From Thermoplasmatota archaeon (GTDB lineage Archaea; Thermoplasmatota; E2; JACPAO01; JAHFTW01), in the NCBI GenBank assembly GCA_041581335.1, contig JBFIDG010000002.1:1-35436 (forward strand): a DNA stretch of 35,436 nucleotides, read 5' to 3'. Under the pieces are notes generated by a model. It had not been told where the DNA came from. It did not search any database and saw only the letters and a program-made list of their open reading frames with translations. Below, in pieces: positions 13,295 through 22,104 of the stretch. The position numbers and the translations under genes were made by a program. The first letter of the stretch is position 1. Each line of letters begins with the position of its first letter.

Positions 13295-14956
13295 GTGACC
13301 CAGGTGCTCCGCATCGCCTTCGTGTTGACGATCCTCCTGAGTGGGTGTATCGCGTTCCCAGACCCCGGCAGTATCGTCGTCGCACCCCCGCCGTCGAGCG
13401 ACTGGACGATGCCGAGCCACGACCTGCTCGGGTCCCGCGCGGCACCCGATGCTGGCCTCGGCCTCGCAGACATCCCGTCGATGGGGTTGTCGTGGCGTTA
13501 CGACACGGATGGCGCCGTGACCGGTACGCCGACGGTCGCCGATGGACGGGTCCTGTTCGGTACCTGGTCAGGGTCCGTCTACGCGGTGGCGCTCGAGAGC
13601 GGCGACCTGCTATGGCACCGCGACCACGGTGCCCAGGTGGACAGCACCATCACGCAGTGGCAAGGCATCGCCTACGTCAGTGACGCCGCCGGCACCTTGA
13701 CCGCCTTGTCCGCCGAGACCGGGGACATCGTCTGGGCCGTGACGGTGGATGATACCACCTCCGCGCACCTGTATTCCAGCCCCGTCATCTGGGAAAGCGA
13801 CGCGCCGATCCTCGTCGTCGGGGTCGCCTCGGACCAGGAGAGCATCGCCATCCACGGCGACCAGCCGCTGGACTTCCGTGGCAAGGTCGTGGCCTACGAT
13901 GCCCGGACGGGTACCGAACTGTGGCGCACCGTCTTGGTGCCGGAGGGCCAGACCGGGGCGCCCGTGTGGGGCGGCCTCGCCATCGCCGAGGATACGGTGT
14001 TCTTCGGCACCGGCAACGCGTACACAGAGCCGGCAGGGGCACACACCGATGCCATCGTCGCCCTCGATGTCCGCACCGGGGCCATGCGCTGGCACTACCA
14101 GACCATCGACTACGACGTCTTCACCCAGGCCAACCCGATCAATCCAGACCACGATTTCGGGAGCACCCCCTCCATCTTCCCGGCAGGCGACCGACTGCTC
14201 GTCGGCATCGGCCAGAAATCCAGCATCTACTGGGCCGCCGACGCCGCCACCGGGGAGATCGTCTGGAGCCATGGCGAATCCCAGGGCGGAGAGGGCATCA
14301 TCGGCGACAGTGCCTACTGGGACGGCGTCGTGGTCGTGAACCACGCGACCAAGAAGACCACGACCGCCATCGATGCGACGACGGGGCAGACCCTCTGGCG
14401 TCACGATGCGGGTGCGAACCTGTTCTCCGACCCGGCCATCGTGCCCGGGGCCGTGTTCACCGGCGACGGCAACGGCAACGCCAAGGCGCTCTCGTTGCAC
14501 GATGGCAGCGTCCTCTGGGAGGCCGAGACCGGCGCGGGCGCCGTGTTCGGCGGCTTGTCCGTCGCGAGCCGGACCTTGCTCGTGCCCACCGTCGGCGACG
14601 GCTTCTTGTCCGGCACGGGCGCGGTCCTGGCGTTCCGGCCCGGCGGCACTGGCGCGGCGAGCAGCAGCAGCGCCGACGTGCCGCCGGACACCATGCTGCT
14701 GAAGGACTTCAAGTTCGTGCCCGAACGCCTCGAGGTCAAGGCAGGCACCACGGTGCGCTTCGGGAACCTCGACGCAGCATTCCACACCGCCACGTCGGGC
14801 TGGGACAACGGCACCACGTTCGACCTGGCCATCGACGGCGGCGACAGCGCCACATGGACGTTCGACGGACCCGGCACATACGTCGTCTACTGCCGCCCCC
14901 ACGCAGCGTACAACGGCGGCTGGACCGGCATGGTCGGCACCGTCGTCGTGTCGTGA
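13295..14956 (+). CDS. exported lipoprotein: PQQ-like beta-propeller fused to a C-terminal cupredoxin domain
   Basis: The lipobox is MTQVLRIAFVLTILLSGC. Repeated motifs include G.V.G.P.V.DG.V.FG.. , LW and G..vW. The C-terminal block FKFVPERLEVKAGTTVRFGNLDAAFHTA...YVVYCRPHAAYNGGWTGMVGTVVV carries type 1 copper ligands H...C..H....M. Confidence 0.8.
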   Translation: MTQVLRIAFVLTILLSGCIAFPDPGSIVVAPPPSSDWTMPSHDLLGSRAAPDAGLGLADIPSMGLSWRYDTDGAVTGTPTVADGRVLFGTWSGSVYAVALESGDLLWHRDHGAQVDSTITQWQGIAYVSDAAGTLTALSAETGDIVWAVTVDDTTSAHLYSSPVIWESDAPILVVGVASDQESIAIHGDQPLDFRGKVVAYDARTGTELWRTVLVPEGQTGAPVWGGLAIAEDTVFFGTGNAYTEPAGAHTDAIVALDVRTGAMRWHYQTIDYDVFTQANPINPDHDFGSTPSIFPAGDRLLVGIGQKSSIYWAADAATGEIVWSHGESQGGEGIIGDSAYWDGVVVVNHATKKTTTAIDATTGQTLWRHDAGANLFSDPAIVPGAVFTGDGNGNAKALSLHDGSVLWEAETGAGAVFGGLSVASRTLLVPTVGDGFLSGTGAVLAFRPGGTGAASSSSADVPPDTMLLKDFKFVPERLEVKAGTTVRFGNLDAAFHTATSGWDNGTTFDLAIDGGDSATWTFDGPGTYVVYCRPHAAYNGGWTGMVGTVVVS

Positions 14957-15001
14957 CGAGGCGGCGCGTTCAAGTGGCCTCGCCACCATCGCACCCGCGA
15001 T

Positions 15002-16147
15002 ATGGATTTCGAGCTCAACGACGCACAGCGCATGATCCGCGACATGGTGCGCGAATTCGCCCAGAAAGAGATTGTCCCCGTCGCCGGCAAGCACGACCAA
15101 GAACACTCCTTCCCGGTCGAGACCACGAAGCGCATGGGCGAACTCGGCATCCTCGGCATCACGGTGCCCGAAGAATATGGCGGCCCCGGCGCAGACACCA
15201 TCAGCTTCGCCGTCGTCTCGGAAGAGCTGGCCGCTGCATGCGCCAGCCACAGCGTCATCTTCGGCGCCTGCGCCAGCCTGACTTGCAGCCCCATCCTGCA
15301 GTGGGGGACCGAGGAGCAGAAGCACAAATGGCTCCCGGACATCGCCAGTGGCCGCAAGCTCGGCTGCTACGCACTCACCGAGCCGGAGGCCGGCAGCGAC
15401 GCGGGCAGCCTGAAGACCACCGCCAAGCGCGACGGCGATGACTACGTCATCAACGGCCAGAAGATCTACATCAGCAACGGCGCCGTCGCAGACACCTGCA
15501 TCCTGTTCGCCCGCACGGGCACGACGGAGCAAGGCCCCAAGGGCGTCTCCGCATTCATCGTCGACACCAAGAGCCCTGGCTTCACGGTCGGCAAGAACGA
15601 GCACAAGCTCGGCCTCAACGCCAGCTACACGAACCAGTTGTTCTTCGAGGACCTGCGCGTCCCGGCCGAGAACATGCTGGGCAAGGAAGGCGACGGCTTC
15701 AAGGTCGCCATGAGCACCCTCGACACCGGCCGCGTCATGGCCGGCGCCGCCTCGACTGGCATCGCCCGCGCTGCCTACGAAGCGAGCCTCGCCTACGCCA
15801 AGGAGCGCCACCAGTTCGGCAAGCCCATCGCGGCCAATCAGGCAATCCAGTGGAAGCTGGCAGACATGGACGTCGCCATCGAAGCGAGCCGCAACCTGTA
15901 CCTCAAAGCCGCTTGGCTGAAGGACCAAGGCCAACCCTACACCCACGCCGCCAGCCGCGCCAAGGTGTATGGCTCAGAGATGGCCATGAAGACCTGCATC
16001 GAAGCGGTGCAGATCCACGGCGGCAACGGCTACACCAAGGATTACCCCGTCGAGCGCTACATGCGCGACATCAAGATCTTCGAGATCTTTGAAGGCACCA
16101 ACGAGATCCAGCGCATGGTCATCGCTCGGCACCTCTTGGGTGCATAG
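15002..16147 (+). CDS. acyl-CoA dehydrogenase (short/medium-chain, butyryl-CoA dehydrogenase-like)
   Basis: Family-wide similarity over the full length: CYALTEPEAGSDAGS, YVINGQKIYISNG, GFKVAMSTLDTGR, ERHQFGKPI, QIHGGNGYTKDYPVERYMRD and IFEGTNEIQR. Confidence 0.92.
   Translation: MDFELNDAQRMIRDMVREFAQKEIVPVAGKHDQEHSFPVETTKRMGELGILGITVPEEYGGPGADTISFAVVSEELAAACASHSVIFGACASLTCSPILQWGTEEQKHKWLPDIASGRKLGCYALTEPEAGSDAGSLKTTAKRDGDDYVINGQKIYISNGAVADTCILFARTGTTEQGPKGVSAFIVDTKSPGFTVGKNEHKLGLNASYTNQLFFEDLRVPAENMLGKEGDGFKVAMSTLDTGRVMAGAASTGIARAAYEASLAYAKERHQFGKPIAANQAIQWKLADMDVAIEASRNLYLKAAWLKDQGQPYTHAASRAKVYGSEMAMKTCIEAVQIHGGNGYTKDYPVERYMRDIKIFEIFEGTNEIQRMVIARHLLGA
16115..16143 (+). repeat. 29-bp direct repeat, copy 1 (last codons of the acyl-CoA dehydrogenase gene)
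   Basis: ATGGTCATCGCTCGGCACCTCTTGGGTGC is identical to 16207-16235. Confidence 0.9.
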
Positions 16148-16206
16148 CGATGCCTGAGGCCGCAACGCGGCCGAAGGAGACCTTCGTGCACGGCTCGCCG
16201 GGCGCG

Positions 16207-16235
16207 ATGGTCATCGCTCGGCACCTCTTGGGTGC
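16207..16235 (+). repeat. 29-bp direct repeat, copy 2 (intergenic)
   Basis: Identical to 16115-16143. Read in the same frame it again encodes MVIARHLLGA followed by a stop (GCC TGA instead of GCA TAG). Confidence 0.9.
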
Positions 16236-16274
16236 CTGAGCTCACCCCCGCCGCATAGGCACGGCGTTTTTCCC

Positions 16275-17240
16275 ATGCGCCAGGCTGGGACCACCGTGGA
16301 CCCGGGCCCGGTACTGATCGAGGAGACGCGAAGCGGTCGCACGCAGGCATTGCACCACGGCCACGCAGTCCATCTCGCCGCCGACGGCGCCGTGCTGGCT
16401 TCTTGGGGCCTGGTGGAGACCGAGTCCTATCTGCGCTCCGCGCCCAAGCCGTTGCAGGCGATCCCGTTCGCCGAAGTATTGGCGACGCGAGGCGGAGATC
16501 CCCGCGCGCTCGCGCTTGCCTGCGCCAGCCACTCCGGCGAACCTCGCCACATCGAACTGGCCGAGCAGATGCTCGCCTCCGCAGGCCTTGACGCCTCGGC
16601 GCTGCACTGCGCGACCCATCCGCCGATGACCAAGCACAGTGTCCGCAACGCCGGCCCGCAGACCGCCATCCAGAACAACTGCAGCGGCAAGCACGCCGGC
16701 TTCCTGACGGTCTGCGTCGCCAATGGTTGGGATACCGCCACCTACCTCGACCCGGCCCATCCGCTGCAACAGCGCTTCCTGGACCTGTTCCAGCAGGCCA
16801 TCGGCCGTCGGCCGGAGACCGGCACGGATGGCTGCGGCGCGCCGACGTTCTGGACGTCCATCCAGGAACTGGCCAAGACATACCAATGGCTTGACCAGCA
16901 CCCGGTGGGCCGGACCTGCCTGGACGCCATGGCCGATCACCCGGAGCTCGTGGCCGGACAGGAGCGCTTCTGCACGCTCCTGAGCGCCGCCACCAAGGGC
17001 GACTGCGTGGGCAAAGTGGGCGCTGCGGGGCTGTATGTCATCCTGCACCGGCCCTCTGGGGAGGCCCTGGCGGTCAAGGCCGCCGACGGTATCGCGGACG
17101 TGGCCGAGACCCTGGCCGCCAACCTGGCCGTGCGTGCAGGATGGGTCGCTGCGGATGACGAGATCCTTGCCCGCTTCATCGATCGACCCGTCCGCAGTTG
17201 CGCCGGCAAGCGCATCGGCGGCTTCCAGGTCAGGTTGTAG
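16275..17240 (+). CDS. asparaginase II family protein
   Basis: YLRSAPKPLQAIPF, ACASHSGEPRH, NNCSGKHAGFL and DGCGAPTF are characteristic blocks of the L-asparaginase II family (Rhizobium etli type). Confidence 0.8.
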   Translation: MRQAGTTVDPGPVLIEETRSGRTQALHHGHAVHLAADGAVLASWGLVETESYLRSAPKPLQAIPFAEVLATRGGDPRALALACASHSGEPRHIELAEQMLASAGLDASALHCATHPPMTKHSVRNAGPQTAIQNNCSGKHAGFLTVCVANGWDTATYLDPAHPLQQRFLDLFQQAIGRRPETGTDGCGAPTFWTSIQELAKTYQWLDQHPVGRTCLDAMADHPELVAGQERFCTLLSAATKGDCVGKVGAAGLYVILHRPSGEALAVKAADGIADVAETLAANLAVRAGWVAADDEILARFIDRPVRSCAGKRIGGFQVRL

Positions 17241-17271
17241 GGTTCAAGAAGCACCCCGACGTCGGCGCCGC

Positions 17272-17601
17272 GTGGACAGTGCCGTGGAGCCCACCGCCGA
17301 CATCGAGGACCAGCCCAGCGGCCCGGGCATCGTGGCAAAGGAAGGCATCGACCCGACCGTCGTCACGGCATGGATCTTCGTCCTGCTCGGCTTCACCCCC
17401 AACGTCCTCTGGCGCAAGCTACTGGGCTTCGATTACTTCGGACCCCTCGAAGTGTCGGCGATCCTCACCATGGTGGGGGTCCTGTTCGCGTTCATCGCGG
17501 TGCTGCGCAGCGTCGACCTGGGGGATCTCCGTCTGCGCTGGGCTGGCGGCGTCGCATTGGCTTTGGGCCTGATCCGGTTGTTCCTGCTGCCGTTGGTCTG
17601 A
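17272..17601 (+). CDS. small membrane protein; start uncertain
   Basis: This is the 3' part of track ORF 17035..17601 that does not overlap the asparaginase gene. Three hydrophobic spans: VVTAWIFVLLGFTPNVLW, VSAILTMVGVLFAFIAVL and GGVALALGLIRLFLLPLV. GTG 17272 and GTG 17332 are candidate starts. Confidence 0.4.
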   Translation: MDSAVEPTADIEDQPSGPGIVAKEGIDPTVVTAWIFVLLGFTPNVLWRKLLGFDYFGPLEVSAILTMVGVLFAFIAVLRSVDLGDLRLRWAGGVALALGLIRLFLLPLV

Positions 17602-17670
17602 CGGCCGACGGCCGCCCGATTCCACTGACCCCTCCGCCACCCTTACCAACGGGGGCGGACTCGCACGCCC

Positions 17671-19965
17671 GTGGGCCTGACGGACCTCGGCATCGAAGCC
17701 CCCGTGGCCCGCGTATTGGAGGCCCAGGGCATCACCGCCCTGTACCCGCCCCAGGAGGCCGCATGGGCCGCCCTCAAGGACGGCAGCAACGTGGTCGTCA
17801 GCATCCCGACGGCCAGCGGCAAGAGCCTGATCGCATACCTCGCGATCCTGCACCGTTTCCTGGCCACCGGCAAGAAGAGCCTCTTCATCGTGCCCCTGCG
17901 CGCCCTGGCATCGGAGAAGTTCGAAGAACTGCAGGCGTTCAAGGGACTGGGACCCCGCGTCGCCATCGCCACGGGGGACCTGGACGAGAAGGACCCCAAG
18001 CTGGGCACGGCCGACATCATCGTCTGCACCAGTGAGAAGGCGGACAGCCTGCTGCGCCACCGCACCCCATGGGTGGACCAGATCGGCTGCATCGTGACCG
18101 ACGAGATGCACCTCATCCACGACCCCGGCCGCGGACCCACCCTCGAAGTGCTGCTGAGCCGCTTCCGCGCGCTGCTGCCGGAGGCGCAGATCGTCGGCCT
18201 GAGTGCCACCATCAAGAACGCCAACGAACTCGCCGAATGGCTCGACGCCAAACTCATCCTGAGCGAATGGCGCCCCGTAGACCTGCGCGTCGGCACTTAC
18301 CTCCCCAACAATCTCTCCTTCCTTGGGCAGGAGCCCCGCATGCTGGACGGCGCAGGCGACCCCGTGGCCGCCCTCGTCGATGACGCCTTGGCGGCCGGCG
18401 GGCAATGCCTGGTGTTCGTCAGCACCCGCCGGTCGGCGGAAGCCCAAGCGCAGAAGCTCGGTGGGGTCGTCCGCGAACGCCTCAGCTCCGAGCATCTTGC
18501 GCAGCTCGAGGCGGCCGTCTTGGAGATCGAGGGTGGCGAAGACCCGAGCCCCACCGCCAAGAAGCTCGCCAAGTTGTGCAAGGCCGGCGTCGCGTACCAC
18601 ACGGCCGGCCTGGACAACAAACAGCGGCGCTTCGTGGAGCAACAGTTCCGCGCCGGCCTGCTGAAGGTCCTCTGCGCGACGCCGACCCTGGCCGCTGGCG
18701 TCAACACCCCCGCCCGCCGCGTCATCATCCGGGACATGTCGCGATTCCAGATGGGTTCCGGCAACCAGCCCTTGCCCGTCATGGAGGTCAAGCAGATGAT
18801 GGGACGCGCCGGACGGCCCCGCTACGACCCTTACGGCGAAGCGGTGCTGCTTGCGAAGAACGAGGACATGAAGGAGATCCTCGAAGAGGAATACCTGCGC
18901 GGAGAACCGGAGCCGGTGACCAGCAAACTGGCCGCCGACGCCGCGCTGCGCATCCACACCCTGGCGAGCATCGCCGGAGACTATTGCCACAGCGCCGCGT
19001 CGCTGGAGAAGTTCCTTTCACACACCTTCTGGGCCCAGCAAGCGGAGTCGTGGATCATCCGTGACCGCCTGGAAGACACGCTGTGGTTCCTTGAAGAGAA
19101 CGGCTTCGTGGAGATGGACGGAGGCAATGTCAAGGCGACGTTGTTCGGGAAACGCACCAGCGACCTGTACATCGACCCCCTGTCGGCGCTGCGCATGCGC
19201 CAGGCCCTGGAATCCACGCTGGACGTCCCCGGCGACTTCGGCGCCCTGCACGTCATCGCCGGCTGCCCCGACCTGTACCCGCTGTACTTGCGGCAATCCG
19301 ATGGCTGGGTCCAAGAGACCTACTACGAACACTTCCCGCAACTCCTGATCCAAGAAGAGGACCTGGAGGACGCTTTCAGCCACGTCAAGACCGCGTGCCT
19401 GCTGCGGGACTGGATGGAAGAACGCCCCCAACAAGAGGTCGAAGAGCGCTTCAGCATCGGCCCTGGCGACATCCGCATGCGCATCGACTCCGCAGGCTGG
19501 ATGCTGCACGCGTTCCGCGAACTGGCCCGCGCCCTGCGCCCCGACTGGCAACGCCCCATCGGGGACCTGATCATCCGGCTCGAGAACGGCGTCAGGGCCG
19601 AACTCCTGCCCCTGATCCGCCTCAAAGGCGTCGGCCGAATCCGTGCCCGCACCTTGTTCACCGCCGGCTTCCACACGCCGGCCGCACTGAAGACCGCCCC
19701 CGTGGACCGCATCGCCAAGCTCCCTGGTTTCGGCGAAGTGCTGGCCCGTGAGCTCATCAAACAGGTCGGTGGAGACCCTGGGCCAGAGCCGGCCAAACCG
19801 GCCAAGCCGAAGCCGAAGGCTGCGCCCAAGGACGATGCCTCCGCCCCAGAACCTGCTGGGAGACCCAAGCAGGCCCCCAAGGCGGCCACCCCCGATCCGA
19901 CGCCGCCGGCGGACGAGACACCAAAGGGCCAACAAGGACTGGGGCAATGGGGGATGCAACCATGA
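17671..19965 (+). CDS. hel308: Hel308 / Ski2-like DNA helicase
   Basis: Helicase motifs are PTASGKS, DEMH, SAT, FVSTRR, HTAGL and QMMGRAGR. These are followed by the winged-helix, ratchet and HhH domains typical of archaeal Hel308. The last 65 aa or so form a P/A/K-rich tail. GTG start. Confidence 0.92.
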   Translation: MGLTDLGIEAPVARVLEAQGITALYPPQEAAWAALKDGSNVVVSIPTASGKSLIAYLAILHRFLATGKKSLFIVPLRALASEKFEELQAFKGLGPRVAIATGDLDEKDPKLGTADIIVCTSEKADSLLRHRTPWVDQIGCIVTDEMHLIHDPGRGPTLEVLLSRFRALLPEAQIVGLSATIKNANELAEWLDAKLILSEWRPVDLRVGTYLPNNLSFLGQEPRMLDGAGDPVAALVDDALAAGGQCLVFVSTRRSAEAQAQKLGGVVRERLSSEHLAQLEAAVLEIEGGEDPSPTAKKLAKLCKAGVAYHTAGLDNKQRRFVEQQFRAGLLKVLCATPTLAAGVNTPARRVIIRDMSRFQMGSGNQPLPVMEVKQMMGRAGRPRYDPYGEAVLLAKNEDMKEILEEEYLRGEPEPVTSKLAADAALRIHTLASIAGDYCHSAASLEKFLSHTFWAQQAESWIIRDRLEDTLWFLEENGFVEMDGGNVKATLFGKRTSDLYIDPLSALRMRQALESTLDVPGDFGALHVIAGCPDLYPLYLRQSDGWVQETYYEHFPQLLIQEEDLEDAFSHVKTACLLRDWMEERPQQEVEERFSIGPGDIRMRIDSAGWMLHAFRELARALRPDWQRPIGDLIIRLENGVRAELLPLIRLKGVGRIRARTLFTAGFHTPAALKTAPVDRIAKLPGFGEVLARELIKQVGGDPGPEPAKPAKPKPKAAPKDDASAPEPAGRPKQAPKAATPDPTPPADETPKGQQGLGQWGMQP

Positions 19966-20477
19966 TCGATGATGCCGAACTCCAGGTCGCCGCCGTGGGC
20001 GTCCGGGGACCCCTCGTCCTTGACGATGTGCTGTTCATGGCCAAGCGTGCACAGAAGTTCGGACCGCTCCAGGTCGTCCGCGACGACCGCGTCGTCGGCT
20101 TCGACCACATCCGTAGCGCTGCACTCCATGCCACCCGGGCCCTGGCCGAAGGCCGCGCCAAGGCAGACCGGCCCGAAGTGGAGTTCACGCGTTTCCTCGC
20201 GGCCCGCCGCACCATCCGCGAAGCCATCGACCACATCGGGCTCCCCGACGGTGCCCGCACAGGCATCGTCGTCGCCATGGGCGAGATGCGCCACGCCGGC
20301 ATCGAATACTTCTGCGAACAACTCGGCCTCGACATCGACGACGACCTCATCGTGGCCGACGACGCCCACCTCGATGCCTTCGGCATCACGCAGACCCAAC
20401 GGGACGCCACCGACCCGACACTGCATGCTGACCTCGCGCTCGAGGCGGTCGCCGGCGTCGACCTGATGCGTTCTTAG
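19947..20477 (+). CDS. cgi121: KEOPS complex subunit Cgi121-like protein
   Basis: About 170 aa. LQVVRDDRVVGFDHIRSAALHATRALAEGRAKADRPEVEFTRFLAARRTIREAIDHIGLPDG...IVVAM parallels archaeal Cgi121 (for example the ...ATKKHVLHAINQA...EILVRASGQRQIHEAIKIIG..DG pattern). The start overlaps the hel308 stop. ATG 19962 is an alternative. Confidence 0.65.
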   Translation: MGDATMIDDAELQVAAVGVRGPLVLDDVLFMAKRAQKFGPLQVVRDDRVVGFDHIRSAALHATRALAEGRAKADRPEVEFTRFLAARRTIREAIDHIGLPDGARTGIVVAMGEMRHAGIEYFCEQLGLDIDDDLIVADDAHLDAFGITQTQRDATDPTLHADLALEAVAGVDLMRS

Positions 20478-20687
20478 GCGCCGCCGTCCAAGGTACTTGA
20501 AGACCGCTCGGACAAGGGTTGGTGTCGCGCCCTTCACAGTTCTTCAGGCCAGCCTCCCGACGCGTCCACGGGCCAGCCCGCAGAGCGTCCGTTCTATTCG
20601 CGAGGTGAAAGGAAATCATCCTCGCGCCAAGGAGATGCAAGGGGCGTTTGGCAGAGCATTTTTAGTGGCCGCCAAATCGGCGGCGCC

Positions 20688-21350
20688 ATGCGCATGCTCC
20701 CATTCCTCGCCATCATTGGCCTCCTGTTGGCCGGTTGCACCCAGCCCACCGCCACCGACGTCGTCGAAGGCGACGCACCGCAAGACCCGGCAACGGGGGG
20801 CGATGCGGCCGCCGGTGGATCCGGCGATGCGACGGAACCTGGGAGCAACGGGTCCGGGCCCGGCAGCGACGCGGCGCCCCAGGGCAATGATACGGCCAGC
20901 AGCAATGACACAGCTGCGAGCACGCCCAACTGGGCGCCGACGCTCTACCTGCACAAGGACGGCGACCGGCAATGGATGGACGCAACCGCCGACCCCAAGG
21001 GCAGCGTCTCGGGCAGCAACACGCCCACGAGTGAAAACACGTACCACCGCTTCAACTTGGAACCCAGCATCGAAGCCGACCAGACCTTCGGCGACGCCGC
21101 CCTCATCAAGATCCACTGGTCTGTGCAACAGGGCGTCATCGCAGACATGAAACCGGCAGCCCGCCTCATCATCGCCGGCACCATCTACGAAGCCATCGAA
21201 GGCGAGAACGGCCTCGAAGCGCCCCTACCCGACGGCGTCAATGCCGGCCACGAGATCGCCCTCGAGGTCTGCATCTGCGGCTCCGGGTCCGCGACCTCCA
21301 ACTACGTCATCGATTTGGACGAGCGGACGTGGGTCAAGTTCCAGGCCTGA
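20688..21350 (+). CDS. exported lipoprotein with a low-complexity linker; function unknown
   Basis: The lipobox is MRMLPFLAIIGLLLAGC, followed by a G/D/A/S-rich linker and a globular domain of about 135 aa beginning PTLYLH. An ATTTTTA box at 20658-20664 lies 24-30 nt upstream of the ATG, consistent with a leaderless-type promoter. Confidence 0.7.
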   Translation: MRMLPFLAIIGLLLAGCTQPTATDVVEGDAPQDPATGGDAAAGGSGDATEPGSNGSGPGSDAAPQGNDTASSNDTAASTPNWAPTLYLHKDGDRQWMDATADPKGSVSGSNTPTSENTYHRFNLEPSIEADQTFGDAALIKIHWSVQQGVIADMKPAARLIIAGTIYEAIEGENGLEAPLPDGVNAGHEIALEVCICGSGSATSNYVIDLDERTWVKFQA

Positions 21351-21492
21351 GCCCCGACCCGGGGCCCCAGATCGCCGCCGCAGCTTACCAAAAACTGGGC
21401 GCGCGTCGTTGCGCTCATATAGGGGACCTGTGTCGGCGAGTTTGTCCCCGGCGTGCTGGGGACGCGCGCTGGCCTCGGCCGGCTCGCCATAG

Positions 21493-21566
21493 GGTCCCGT
21501 GGGGTAGCTTGGATATCCTGGAAGCTTGCGGAGCTTTTGACACGTGTTCGAATCGCGTCGGGACCG
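21493..21566 (+). tRNA. tRNA-Arg (anticodon GCG)
   Basis: GGTCCCGTGGGGTAGCTTGGATATCCTGGAAGCTTGCGGAGCTTTTGACACGTGTTCGAATCGCGTCGGGACCG. The acceptor is GGTCCCG/CGGGACC, the anticodon arm is GAAGC-TTGCGGA-GCTTT and the T arm is ACGTG-TTCGAAT-CGCGT. The D stem is weak at 3 bp. Confidence 0.85.
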
Positions 21567-21567
21567 C
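21545..21567 (+). repeat. attL-like core: the last 22 nt of tRNA-Arg plus 1 nt
   Basis: TGTTCGAATCGCGTCGGGACCGC is identical to 28383-28405. Confidence 0.9.
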
Positions 21568-21615
21568 TTCCTCTCTCTCCTGTTGGCTCGCCAATAGACC
21601 TCTTCCCAGCCAATC

Positions 21616-21870
21616 CTATGAAACAGCCCGCGAAAACGCCGGCATTTCATATTTGTCAAAACCCTCCCCCAAACGGCCCACCAGGCTACGGAGGTAATTG
21701 TACGTCGTCTCGAGCTTCCCTATCCACGAAGCATTAAGCGCTTCGTCAACCGACTCCGCATCTGGTTGCACGTGGCCGAACAGCGTGGCATGCTTAAGCC
21801 AGGCCAGCCAACCGCCAGCCAGTGGGGACGCTGGGCCGCCCTTAATGAGCGCTGGCCCGAGTTGGGTCAC
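21616..21870 (-). CDS. hypothetical protein (island, left end)
   Basis: 84-aa ORF with a GTG start and reasonable codon pattern. It overlaps the 5' part of track ORF 21766..22104, so only one of the two may be real. No integrase motifs. Confidence 0.3.
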   Translation of the reverse strand: MTQLGPALIKGGPASPLAGGWLAWLKHATLFGHVQPDAESVDEALNASWIGKLETTYNYLRSLVGRLGEGFDKYEMPAFSRAVS

Positions 21871-21879
21871 GCACTTCGC

Positions 21880-22104
21880 ATGAATCCGTCGCTAAGTTCC
21901 AGATTGGAACGCACATCCGGTGACCAAAAAGCATTCGAGGCAGAACTGCGCGCCATCGCCTCCGTCGTCGAGGGGACTGAGGACGCCCGCACGTTTTGGA
22001 TGGAAGAACCAATCATCAGCCCGATTCTGGAAAACATGGTACACTTTGCATCGCTGCCCCGAGCCGCACCCACCCCCGAAACGAAAGCCGCCAAGCCTGC
22101 GTGA
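21880..22104 (+). CDS. hypothetical protein (island)
   Basis: The internal ATG of track ORF 21766..22104 gives a 74-aa product, MNPSLSSRLERTSGDQKAFEAELRAIASVVEG... . This start avoids overlap with the minus-strand ORF. Confidence 0.3.
   Translation: MNPSLSSRLERTSGDQKAFEAELRAIASVVEGTEDARTFWMEEPIISPILENMVHFASLPRAAPTPETKAAKPA

Noticed and set aside
13610-15946. 778-aa minus-strand ORF, the longest in the track
   Set aside because: It is antisense to two genes with unmistakable family motifs, the PQQ-propeller/cupredoxin gene and the acyl-CoA dehydrogenase gene. The translation is low-complexity G/A/R/D/V-rich with no motifs, so it is a high-GC artefact.
17419-18990. 523-aa minus-strand ORF
   Set aside because: It is antisense to Hel308, whose helicase motifs are all present on the plus strand. 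The same reasoning rejects 19018..19959 and 19323..20537 (minus strand).
21492-21567. Possible 8-bp acceptor stem (G21492 pairing with C21567), as in tRNA-His with G-1
   Set aside because: The anticodon loop clearly reads TTGCGGA (GCG, Arg), not GTG. The extra pair is most simply a coincidence of the flanking bases.
21453-21737. ORFs crossing the att junctions as possible halves of a split SSV-type integrase (also 28256..28501 plus strand and 28097..28468 minus strand)
   Set aside because: The frames through the 23-bp core stop within a few codons on the island side (LFESRRDRFLSLLLARQ-stop at attL). The longer ORFs translate to junk with no R..HxxR..Y recombinase signature. The 84-aa ORF at 21616..21870 also lacks such motifs.
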